From NCBI GenBank assembly GCA_963752595.1, contig CAVVYZ010000028.1, forward strand, positions 1 through 28,368: a stretch of 28,368 nt of DNA. The letters run 5' to 3'. A program made the translations under genes and the position numbers. Source of the stretch: an uncultured delta proteobacterium (GTDB lineage: Bacteria > Desulfobacterota > Desulfomonilia > UBA1062). Shown here one piece after another: positions 12,052-21,820 of this stretch (the stretch's first letter is position 1; each line of letters begins with the position of its first letter). The notes under the pieces are model-generated. The model saw only the letters and a program-made list of their open reading frames with translations, had not been told where the DNA came from and ran no database searches.

Positions 12052-12095
12052 GTGTTCAGTTTTATTGAACAGATCAGCCCACAGGCGGTCCTCCC
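12030..12095 (-). promoter_or_regulatory. Antiterminator hairpin of the aroF attenuator
   Basis: GGGAGGACCGCCUGUGG (12095-12079) pairs with CCGUGGGUGGUUCUUCC (12046-12030) over 17 contiguous pairs (11 WC + 6 GU). The inner stem is UGUUCA/UGAACA. Confidence 0.75.
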
Positions 12096-12148
12096 CTGAT
12101 AAACCAGAAGTAATAATAACCAAAATACCTGTCAGCGTTTCTATTCAT
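12074..12148 (-). CDS. Aromatic-rich attenuator leader peptide [24 protein letters not shown]
   Basis: ATG AAT AGA AAC GCT GAC AGG TAT TTT GGT TAT TAT TAC TTC TGG TTT ATC AGG GGA GGA CCG CCT GTG GGC TGA; 4 Tyr, 3 Phe and 1 Trp within codons 8-16. Confidence 0.88.
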   Translation of the reverse strand: MNRNADRYFGYYYFWFIRGGPPVG

Positions 12149-12154
12149 CTTAAA

Positions 12155-12160
12155 AGTATA
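12155..12160 (-). promoter_or_regulatory. -10 box for the leader-aroF transcript
   Basis: TATACT lies 6 nt upstream of the leader ATG. There is no canonically spaced -35 (TTGAAA is 21 nt away). Confidence 0.5.
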
Positions 12161-12319
12161 TATGGCAAAGATCCTTGCGCTTTTCAAGGAGAAAATGGCC
12201 TATTGAAATTATTGTTTCTTTTTATAGTAACATTTCTTATCTGAAAGAACCCCCGTTCTGCAGGCAAGAGAAGTATTTTCAAGAGCTTTTCATTGACAGA
12301 GTAACCCTGCTTTGCTACG

Positions 12320-12471
12320 AGAGGATAACCCTGCTGCGGATTCAAGGGAACCCGGTGAGATTCCGGGACGGGGCCGCCGCTGTGAACGGTGACAGATGCT
12401 CGCAAGAACGACCACTGCGCGAGCGGGAAGGTAAGGGCATCTGGATGATCCGTGAGCCAGAAGACCTATCC
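12320..12471 (+). ncRNA. Cobalamin (B12) riboswitch
   Basis: AAGGGAA-CCCGGTGAGATTCCGGG-ACGGGGCCGCCGCTGTGA...CCACTG...GGGAAGG...GAGCCAGAAGACCT B12-box; GGATA/TATCC closing stem; sits upstream of a TonB receptor; TTGACA at 12293-12298. Confidence 0.93.
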
Positions 12472-12538
12472 GCAAGTAAAGGACTACATCCGCGGGCCTG
12501 GATGGAGACTCCAAGGGAATATACCATGGAGGTGTCCA

Positions 12539-14434
12539 ATGTATTACCGATGCATTACGCTGTTCCCCGTTTTGGTTTCCTGTCTCTTTTCCCTCATCCC
12601 GTCCGCATGGTCAGAGGAAATAGTCATCACCGCCGCGAATTTTGAAGACTCTTCATTAGAGACCGTGAGTGACAAGGCTCCTACATCGTTTACCGAGGAT
12701 GTAAAAATCCGACCGCTCGCATATGGCCTCACCGATACCCTTGGCGCATTGCGGTTGTCCGTTGATGTCGACCTGCCGGACTACGGGGGGACAATCCCGG
12801 TGCCGGTGTCGCTGCGCGGTTCGAATTTCCAGCAGACACTGGTCATGCTCGATGGAATACCGCTCTCCTCTTCGTTGGGGGATATCGTGGACCTTTCCCT
12901 GTATGCAATACCGGAGATCGAACAGATAGAGATCATCAAAGGAAGCAACTCTGCCGTGTACGGACCTTCGGCCATGGGAGGGGTGATCAATATCGTCACC
13001 AGGAAGCCGAGTTTGAGCAATTCGGTTGAGCTTACCTCATCCCAGGGCAGCTATGGGTACAACCTCTATAATCTCCTCTTAAATGCAGAAGGAGGAGGCC
13101 AGGGCTTCATGCTCGATATTATCCGGAGCTGGGCGGAAAACGATTACCTCTACGAGAAAGAAGACGGCACAGAAGCCCGGAGAGAAAACAACGATTCCGA
13201 TACGACCTCGCTCCTCACGAAACTCCTGCTGGACCTCGGCGGATGGGATACGACACTTTCAGGAAGCATGTCCGAGCAGCTTCTCGGTTCTCCCGGAAGT
13301 GAAGGAAGCATAGGGATGCTCACGCCGACCGATGAGGTGGATACGCATCAGTACCTGTTTGCACTCAGCACAGCCAGAAGCTTCGGCCCTGATCAGGCCA
13401 TCGAGATCAAAGCCTCCAGGCTGCATAACCGCGTCCACAACCTGACATTCTTTTCAGGAGACGTCTGGTCCAAGCTGACGAGCGATTATGCAGACATGAC
13501 ATATGTCAGAAAAATAGGGATCCTGGATGTGCGGCCCGGCATTGCCCTGCGGAGGGAACGGATAGCAAGCGACGATTACGGCATTCACTCCCGATCGACA
13601 GCCTCAGCAATCATAAGCTCTGTCCTGGACCTCGATCCGGTCCTTCTCTCTCTTACCGCAAGGCGCGACCGGAGCTCTGCTTTTGACGGGCAATGGACAT
13701 ACCACAGCGGTGCCCTCTGGAGGGTCATGCCCCACTTCAATCTCCAGGCAAACGTCGGTACCGGATACCATGAGCCTACCATGGGCCATCTCTATACCCC
13801 GTCGTCCTGGTATACCTTCATATCAAATACTGATCTTAAGCCCGAGAAATCGTTGAGTTTCGATTTTGGGCCGGTGGTTGAATACACAACGTTCGGCATG
13901 GGCGCAAGCTACTTTGTCACCAGGTACGAGGATTTGATCAAAATGGCCTTCCCGGCGCCCAATACGTTCACCTACACCAATGTCGACAAAGCCCGTGCCG
14001 CAGGGATCGAGGTCTTTACCTGGATAAAGCCCATAGAATCCGTCAAGCTCTCGGCTAATTACGTATTCAACCAGTTCAGGTACGCCGGCGGCGAGTTCGA
14101 AAGCAAGACCATCAGACTCAAACCAAGGCAGGTTTTTAGCCTTAGAAGTGATTATCTCCCGGTCATTTCGGGCAGGCATACTGATATCTTCCTGGCCTAC
14201 CAGTTCAGAGAGGGAGTCTATAAGGACGATGCCAACACGGAAAAGACCGGGGACAGAAACATCCTCGACACCGGTGTTTCCCTGGAAGTGTCCAAACATG
14301 CAGCCATAGCCTTCAAGGTAAACAACCTGTTCAACGATACCTCGGTCGAATTCGAAGACAAATCCGAATGGGGAACCTTCTGGTACCCGGTAGCCGGAAG
14401 GACATACCGCGGTTCCATCCAGCTGAGCTTCTAG
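12539..14434 (+). CDS. btuB: TonB-dependent outer-membrane receptor, BtuB-like (cobamide uptake)
   Basis: GGAGG SD before ATG 12539; signal peptide; TonB-box-like EEIVITA; plug motifs SLRGS..QQTLVMLDGIP and IEIIKGSNSAVYGPSAMGGVINIVT; C-terminal Phe; B12 riboswitch upstream. Confidence 0.88.
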   Translation: MYYRCITLFPVLVSCLFSLIPSAWSEEIVITAANFEDSSLETVSDKAPTSFTEDVKIRPLAYGLTDTLGALRLSVDVDLPDYGGTIPVPVSLRGSNFQQTLVMLDGIPLSSSLGDIVDLSLYAIPEIEQIEIIKGSNSAVYGPSAMGGVINIVTRKPSLSNSVELTSSQGSYGYNLYNLLLNAEGGGQGFMLDIIRSWAENDYLYEKEDGTEARRENNDSDTTSLLTKLLLDLGGWDTTLSGSMSEQLLGSPGSEGSIGMLTPTDEVDTHQYLFALSTARSFGPDQAIEIKASRLHNRVHNLTFFSGDVWSKLTSDYADMTYVRKIGILDVRPGIALRRERIASDDYGIHSRSTASAIISSVLDLDPVLLSLTARRDRSSAFDGQWTYHSGALWRVMPHFNLQANVGTGYHEPTMGHLYTPSSWYTFISNTDLKPEKSLSFDFGPVVEYTTFGMGASYFVTRYEDLIKMAFPAPNTFTYTNVDKARAAGIEVFTWIKPIESVKLSANYVFNQFRYAGGEFESKTIRLKPRQVFSLRSDYLPVISGRHTDIFLAYQFREGVYKDDANTEKTGDRNILDTGVSLEVSKHAAIAFKVNNLFNDTSVEFEDKSEWGTFWYPVAGRTYRGSIQLSF

Positions 14435-14455
14435 ATTCAAGCTTTGCCCAAACGG

Positions 14456-14486
14456 AATCAGGGGATGTACTCTTCATCCCCTGATT
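14456..14486 (+). terminator. Hairpin terminator after btuB
   Basis: AATCAGGGGATG-TACTCTT-CATCCCCTGATT, a perfect 12-bp stem with a short U run. Confidence 0.7.
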
Positions 14487-14509
14487 TCCATGCCCATATT
14501 TCTCACATG

Positions 14510-14539
14510 TTGACAAAAAGGCAGCCTTTCCATGATAAT
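14510..14539 (+). promoter_or_regulatory. Sigma70 promoter of the aroC cluster
   Basis: TTGACA-N18-GATAAT, followed by an AAGGAGG SD before ATG 14571. Confidence 0.6.
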
Positions 14540-14570
14540 CCGATCCCATTGATTTCTTAAAGGAGGTCGG

Positions 14571-15710
14571 ATGCTCACATTTTATACCGCCGGAGAGTCC
14601 CATGGCAGGGGAGTATTCGCCTTTCTCGACGGCATCCCTGCAGGATTGCAGGTGGACAGGGATACTATCGATGCCGACCTTGCCCGCCGCCAGAAGGGCT
14701 ACGGCAGGGGCGGCAGGATGACGATCGAGAAGGACACCGTGGACGTGCTCTCCGGCATCAGGGGAGGAATTACGCTCGGCAGCTCCGGTCATGCTCGCGG
14801 TGTGGAACAGGGACTTTGAGAAACTGGAACGAGATACATGGACCCCTGGAATATCGAGCCGGGGAAAGAGCTCTATACCCCGAGGCCGGGCCATGCCGAC
14901 CTGGCAGGGGCCGTACGGTTCGGGCATACCGATCTCAGGAACGTCCTCGAGCGCTCCAGCGCTCGGGAAACCGCAGGCAGGGTCGCGGCAGGGGGTCTGC
15001 TCAGGTCTCTGCTTGCCGCTCTCGGCATCGAAGTCTGCTCCTGGGTACTGCGCATCGGCCGGGCCCATTATGAAGGCCCTTTCGACCGGGCTTCAAGGAT
15101 GCTTCGAGCGTGTTCTGCCCTGATCCGGAAGCGACCGAGGCCATGGAGAAAGCAGATCGACGAGGTCAAAGAGCAGCGGCGACACCATCGGCGGCGAATT
15201 CAAGGTCGTGCTTACGGGGCTGCCTGCAGGCATCGGGTCGTACACCCAGTGGGACCAGCGCCTCGATACTCTGGTAGCCGCGCATCTCATGTCCATCCCC
15301 GGCATCAAGGCGGTGCAGATCGGCAAGGGAGTCGAATGCGCAGAGATTCCCGGCTCGAAGCTCCATGACGAGATCCTCCCCGGTACGCCCAAGACGAGAA
15401 CTTCAAACAATGCGGGCGGCATGGAAGGAGGCATATCGAATGGTGAGCCCATCGAGGTGCGCTGCACCATGAAGCCCATCCCCACCTTGAGCAAGGGCCT
15501 GCAAATCGGTCGACATCCGGGACGGCTCACCTGCACAGGCCCAGTATGAGCGCTCGGACTATTGCGCCGTGCCTGCCGCCTCGGTCGTGGGGGAGGCAAT
15601 GGCTGATCATCGCGGTCTCAGAAGCGATCCTTGCAGAGCTTCGGCCTTCCGGACATGGGCTCGCTGAAGCAGGCCTTTGAAAATCACCGGAAGGCTGGGA
15701 GGCCCTATGA
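14571..15710 (+). CDS. aroC: Chorismate synthase (several frameshifts; end approximate)
   Basis: [65 protein letters not shown] and MKPIPT motifs. Confidence 0.95.
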
Positions 15711-17266
15711 TCTTTCTCACCGGATTCATGGGCTCCGGCAAATCGACCGTGGGGGCGAGGCTGGCTACGCTCCTGGAATGCCTTTCATCGGATCTGGATG
15801 CCGTGATCAGCAAAAACGCCGGAACCTCCATACCCGATATCTTCCGCTGTGCAGGCGAGGAGGCCTTCCGGTTCCTGGAGCGCAAGGCCCTGCTCGATAT
15901 CGCGCCGCGGGCAAGCCGGGCGTGATCGCCACAGGCGGGGGACTGCCGGTCAATCCTGCCAACCGGAAGATTATGAAGGCCTCGGCGCTCATCGTGCACC
16001 TCAGAGCCATCCTTCGAGACCATCATGAATCGCATCCCCGACGATCAGAGCAGGCCTTTGTGGAACAGTGACTCCCGCGCCTCTTTCGAATCGAGGAAGG
16101 ATGCGTACGGCGATGCGGACCTCATCGTCGACACCGATACGAAGACCGTAGAGCAGATTGCCGGGCGAGATCTTCGCAGCCGTTTCAGGGTATGTGCAGC
16201 CCACCGGGGTCATCCTGCCGGACAGCCCTTATCCGGTCTATATCGGGAAAGGCATTTTCAGGGATATCCGGTCCCTGATAAGCGCCACACTGCTCCCGAA
16301 GGCCTGTTTGTCCTTGTGGATGAAAATGTCGTGAAACATCACGGAGGGCTCATCGAAAGGCGCCTCGGCATACAGCCGCATTTCATGATGACTGTTCCGT
16401 CCGGAGAGGAATCGAAGTCCTCCGCCTTCCTGAATAAGGTTCTCGAGGAGATGTTCTCCCGCCGGGTGAACCGCCAGTGGGTGTGCCTGGCAATCGGCAG
16501 GAGGGGTGACCGGCGATCTTGCCGGCTTTGCGGCGAGCATCTACATGCGGGGAATCCCGGTCATCCAGGCTGCCACGACACTGCTGTCCCAGATCGATTC
16601 CAGCATCGGCGGCAAGACCGGCATCAACAACGAATTCGGCAAAAATCTCATCGGCTCTTTCCTTCAGCCGCTCTTCGTCCTGTGCGACATGGATTTCCTC
16701 GCCACCCTGGATATGCCCAGATAAAAAGCGCCATGGCAGAGGTGATCAAGTACGGCATCATCATGGACAGCACCCTCTTCGAATACATCGAAAACAGGGC
16801 TGCCATCGATTATGAAAAGATCGTGCGCATGTGCGCCCGGGACAAGGCCCGGGTCGTAAGCGAAGATGAGAGGGAAGGGGGCTTAAGGAGAATCCTCAAT
16901 TTCGGCCATACCCTGGGCCATGCGGTCGAGAAGAGCACGGCTATACCATTCTCCATGGAGAGGCCGTAGCACTGGGCATGGTGTTTGCCGCATGGCTTTC
17001 CTTAAGCAGGGGGATATTCTTCCCGACCCGATTTCGACCGTATCAGAAGTGTTATAGACAGAGAAGGGATTATCCCTGTTTCCTTACGGCTGCCGAGCCC
17101 CCGGGAGGCGGCAGAGGCCATGTCCATGGACAAGAAGGGCGAGGGCAGGGCTATCCACTTTGTGTTGACACCGTCCATAGGGGATGTTAGCGTACAAAAA
17201 CTTTCTGAAATCGTAGTATTGGAAGCTTACAAAGGATTTGCTGATGGATATGCTAAAGGCCTTTGA
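15707..17266 (+). CDS. aroKB: Shikimate kinase / 3-dehydroquinate synthase, apparently fused (frameshifted)
   Basis: AroK part: [34 protein letters not shown]. AroB part: [85 protein letters not shown]; stop TGA at 17264-17266. Confidence 0.85.
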
Positions 17267-17759
17267 GCGAGGCGATTTCCTTCAGATCATTGAGTCTGCC
17301 GATAAAGCAAGCGGCCCTGAAGATCAGCTCCTGCTGGGGATCTCCCTCTATAAGCTCGGGAAGCACCGGGATGCCATGAAGGTATTTCTGAAGCTCTCAG
17401 ATACCGTCAGGGACCTTGCCCAGGTCTTTTACTACATGGCTCTCATCCATAAAGAAAAGGGCGATATGGAGTCGGCGCGCTCCTGCATCGAACACTATAC
17501 CCACTTCTATACGGATGATGAGGAAGCCCTTGAGATCCTGGAATCCGGCCGTGAGCAGCCCCCGCTCGTGAGCGTGCCCTCGCTGGAGCTGGCAAAGGTC
17601 TATGCGGCTCAGGGGCACTTCGCTCAGTCCCTCGAAATATTCGTAAACCTGCTGGAGGAATCGCCGTCGGATCCCGATGTTCGGAAAGAAGCCGAGCGGG
17701 TCCAGACCATGCACGTCGATCAAAACCCTGGAACGATGGCTGGAAAGGATGAAAAATGA
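17244..17759 (+). CDS. Tetratricopeptide-repeat protein
   Basis: TPR-like helices [31 protein letters not shown] and [18 protein letters not shown]; probable frameshift near the 3' end. Confidence 0.8.
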   Translation: MDMLKAFERGDFLQIIESADKASGPEDQLLLGISLYKLGKHRDAMKVFLKLSDTVRDLAQVFYYMALIHKEKGDMESARSCIEHYTHFYTDDEEALEILESGREQPPLVSVPSLELAKVYAAQGHFAQSLEIFVNLLEESPSDPDVRKEAERVQTMHVDQNPGTMAGKDEK

Positions 17760-18202
17760 AAGTACTGATGATCAACGGACCCAACCTGAACCTTCTGGGC
17801 ACAAGGGAAAAGGTCATTTATGGTACGGCCTCCCTTTCCGATATCGAACAGACCGCCCGGGAGAAGGCCAAGTCCCTCGGGCTGGAGCTCACCGCATTCC
17901 AGTCGAACCACGAGGGGGACATCATAGATAAGATCCATTCCGCGCGCGGCCTCGGGATAAGCTGCATCCTCATCAATCCCGGGGGGTATACGCATACGTC
18001 GGTGGCCATCCGCGATGCCCTGCTCGCCGTGGACATACCGTTCATAGAGGTGCACATCAGCAACGTATCTGCCAGAGAGCCCTTCAGGCAGAAGGACCTG
18101 TTCTCCGACATCGCCATAGGAACCATCTCAGGGCTCGGGACCCTTGGCTATATCCTTGCATTAGAGGCACTGCATGAATTACTCGGATCAAAGGCTCGCT
18201 AA
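17756..18202 (+). CDS. aroQ: Type II 3-dehydroquinate dehydratase
   Basis: [36 protein letters not shown] and EVHISN..RE.FR motifs. Confidence 0.97.
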   Translation: MKVLMINGPNLNLLGTREKVIYGTASLSDIEQTAREKAKSLGLELTAFQSNHEGDIIDKIHSARGLGISCILINPGGYTHTSVAIRDALLAVDIPFIEVHISNVSAREPFRQKDLFSDIAIGTISGLGTLGYILALEALHELLGSKAR

Positions 18203-19244
18203 AGCGAGAACATATCTTAAAGGGCTCGACGCCATCCTCCTCTCCTCGCGGACCAATGTGACCTATGTAAGCGGGTATACGGGTTCCGATGCGGTCGCGG
18301 TGTTTACCGACTCATCCGCCGACCTGTTCGTCGACTCCCGCAACACGCTGCAGGCCAAGGAAGAAGCCAACGTGGGCGTGCATGAGCTAAGAAAGAGGTG
18401 GGAAGAGATCTACGAACACCTGACCGGCCAGGGTGTCAAAACCCTTGGCATAGAATCCAATGTCATCGATCTGGATTCCTTCCTCCAGATGAAGGACCTG
18501 TTCAAAGAAATCGAGATGACGCCCATGGGCGGCCAGCTCAAATACCTGAGAAGCATAAAAGATCCGGGAGAGGTCGCCCTGATAAGCGAAGCGTCCCGTA
18601 TCGCCGAGCAGGCGGTAAACGAGGTGCTGGCTGCGGGCATCATCGGCCGGAAAGAAATTGATGTTGCCTTCGAGCTTGAGTGCGGAATGCGCCGGCTCGG
18701 GGCGAGCGGACCGTCCTTCGAGACCATCGTTGCCTCGGGTCCCCGGTCTGCTATGCCCCACGGAGCAGCCTCGGACAGGATTATCCGTGAGACGAACCGG
18801 TGGTGTTCGATTTCGGCGCAGCCTACAAGGGATATGCCTCCGACCAGACCATCACCGTATACACGGGAAAACCCGATAAAGAATTCACGGACGTGTACAA
18901 CCACGTGAGAAAAGCCCAGGAATCGGCCATGAGCGCCGTGAGCAAAGGCATCAAAGCAACGCTGCCGGACAAGGCTGCACGTGACTATCTCGAATCGGTC
19001 GGGCTTGCGCAATACTTCGGCCACGGCCTCGGCCACGGGGTGGGCATGGAGGTACACGAGATGCCTACGGTCTCCTACTCTCTCAAAGGATATCCTGGAG
19101 AACGGCATGGTGTTCACCATCGAGCCGGGCGTATATCTGCCCGGAAAATTCGGGGTGAGGATCGAAGATATGGTCCTGATCACAGATAATTCTTGCAAGC
19201 AGATTACAAAGCTTGATAAAGATGCCATAAAAGTAATAAATTAG
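18174..19244 (+). CDS. Xaa-Pro aminopeptidase (M24B), two frameshifts
   Basis: Creatinase-like N-domain; [48 protein letters not shown] and [14 protein letters not shown] motifs; usual position between aroQ and efp. Confidence 0.92.
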
Positions 19245-19255
19245 GAGACTTTACC

Positions 19256-19819
19256 ATGCAGTACTCAACCGCACAGTTTCGCAAAGGCTTGAAGATCGAG
19301 ATCGCCGGAGAACCGTTGACCATCGTGGACTTCCAGCATGTCAAACCGGGCAAGGGCGGCGCGTTTGTGCGCACCAAGATGAAGAGTCTCATTTCCGGCA
19401 ACACCCTGGAGAAGACCTTCCGGTCCGGCGAAAAAGTGGATGTGCCGAATCTCGAAGAAAAGACCATGTCATTCCTGTACCAGGATGAGTCAGGCTACTG
19501 GTTCATGGACAGCCGGACCTATGATCAGATGAACCTGAAGGAAGACAACATCTCGGAGGCCATGGGGTATCTCAAGGAGAACATAGAGGTGGGGATCCTC
19601 TTTCACAACGACAAACCGATCGGCATCGACCTGCCCATGTTCATGGAGCTTGCCGTGGCCGAAACAGATCCCGGCGTCCGCGGGAACACTGCATCAGGAG
19701 GGTCGAAACCTGCAAAGCTCGAAACAGGCAAGACAATCCAGGTGCCCCTTTTCATCAACGAAGGAGATATCGTCAAGGTAGACACCAGAACTGACGAATA
19801 TATTGAGAGAGTGAGCTAG
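19256..19819 (+). CDS. efp: Elongation factor P
   Basis: HVKPGKGGAFVRTK loop and VPLFINEGD..KVDTR; intact 187 aa. Confidence 0.98.
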   Translation: MQYSTAQFRKGLKIEIAGEPLTIVDFQHVKPGKGGAFVRTKMKSLISGNTLEKTFRSGEKVDVPNLEEKTMSFLYQDESGYWFMDSRTYDQMNLKEDNISEAMGYLKENIEVGILFHNDKPIGIDLPMFMELAVAETDPGVRGNTASGGSKPAKLETGKTIQVPLFINEGDIVKVDTRTDEYIERVS

Positions 19820-20235
<416 letters not shown>

Positions 20236-20239
<4 letters not shown>

Positions 20240-20988
20240 CCCAATGGCACCTCATCCTCGAAGGAAGGTGCCCCTCACGACTGAATATGGCAAGGGACCT
20301 TGCCCTGTTCCAGTCCGTTCTTGAAGGAGATCATCAGGGAATCTTAAGGATCTATAACTGGGATGAACCTGCCGTCACGGCAGGCTTCACCAGAAAGTTT
20401 TCAGTCCCTTTGACCCGACCCTCTCCATCCCCGTCGTAAAGCGGCCCACCGGCGGCGGGGCCGTGCTTCACGTCGACGACATCACGTTCTGCATCTCTGC
20501 GCCCGAATCGGCCGTTTTCCGGCATCATCGGGACATGCAGGCAGGTCTCGTCGATCTTCGCATCTGCCTTGAGAAAATGCGGGCTGGATGTCGAGATGCA
20601 TGGGGACAACACCGCCTTCTCGCCCGTGTGCTTCATGCGGTCCTCGCCCGTTGAACTGTGCCTGCAAGGGGACAAGGTCCTGGGTCTGGCCCTTTTACGC
20701 AAACACGGGCATGTCCTGTTGCAGGGGGTTATGCCCTTGTCCATTGACAAAAAGCTTACCCGGCGGGTTTTCGGCGGCGCGAACGAGCCGGGCTCAATGG
20801 GAATCTACGACCACGCGCCACGGTTCTCGCAGGAGGAATTCATCGGGCATTTAATAGATGCTTTTTTTTCCGAGATGAATATCTCGCTTCTGCAGGGCAG
20901 TTGTGATGATGATAAGCAGCACGACTGCAATGAAGGCGAAATATATCTCCGGAGACAGAAACCGCGAAACAAGGGCCTCTCCGATTAA
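20236..20988 (+). CDS. Lipoate-protein ligase / octanoyltransferase family protein (frameshifted)
   Basis: NMARDLAL, LRIYNWDEPAVTAG, VVKRPTGGGAVLH, CF...EL...GDKVLGLA and LLQGVMP motifs. Confidence 0.85.
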
Positions 20989-21535
20989 GGAATAGAGGAT
21001 CACCGACGGCAGCACGCCTATGGCCGTCGCTTACATAAAGTCCTTCCAGGGACCCCGAAGCAGCGGCTGCCGAGTTTATGGCAACGAACGGGACACGAGC
21101 ATAATCTGAAGCAGCAGCACGATCCGAAAGCCGTTTCTCCTGATGGCTGCCTTGATCCGGGCCATTCTCTCCCCCTTCCCACATCTCCTCGATGGAGAGC
21201 GTCCTGACAAGGAAAAAGGTGATGTTGGCATTGAGGATGGCACCGATAAGGAAAGAATAACCCAGGTAAGGACCGAAGCCTGCCGATCCGGTTATGAAAA
21301 GAAGACTGATCGGCGAAACTAGGGGCATGACGGCTAACATGAGAACAAAGATAAGCATCCCGAAATACCCCAGGTCCTTGAGGGTGAGCCTGAGCTCGAA
21401 CCACCCGCTTAACGGGATGGGTCGGTTATCCTGAACAGCCCGATATCGAAAGAAAGCTGCAATGGTAAGTATGAGGAGGCATATATGGTGCTTAAACCAT
21501 GAGAAGTAGCTTTCGGAATCCAGACATTTTCGCAA
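20851..21535 (-). CDS. TVP38/TMEM64 (DedA/VTT) family membrane protein (frameshifts, one internal TAA; start approximate)
   Basis: LGYFGMLIFVLMLAV.P, AGFGPYLGYSFLIGAILNANITFFLVR, PFVAINSAAAASG and WKDFM*ATAIGVLPSVILYS; reconstructed stop at 20851-20853. Confidence 0.75.
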
Positions 21536-21820
21536 TACGTCTGCACGGTCCGGTAGATCCCTGAGGAAGTGATCGCCTTTTTTGAGAGATGCCACAGGAT
21601 ATATTATCGCTGCCGGAGCACTCATCGCAACACCACAGCCCTGGACGGATGCTGTCAAGCAATAGCGGAGCAGTATGATTCCTGCACTGACAACCGGTAA
21701 TATCGAACGATCGTTATATTTTTAATCTTGTTGCGCTCCTCAAAAGTTGGTACAAGGAATTCTATGATATTCTGATACTTATCACCTAATTGACCATGAG
21801 TAGTGAAAGGAATGGCAAGC

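Noticed and set aside
12014-12160. T-box riboswitch as the aroF regulator
   Set aside because: There is no T-box consensus (AAGGTGGTACCGCG-like) or long specifier stem; the uORF explains the element.
12452-12538. Longer btuB start at 12452 and ORFs over 12175-12645
   Set aside because: These overlap the riboswitch; the SD and signal peptide support 12539.
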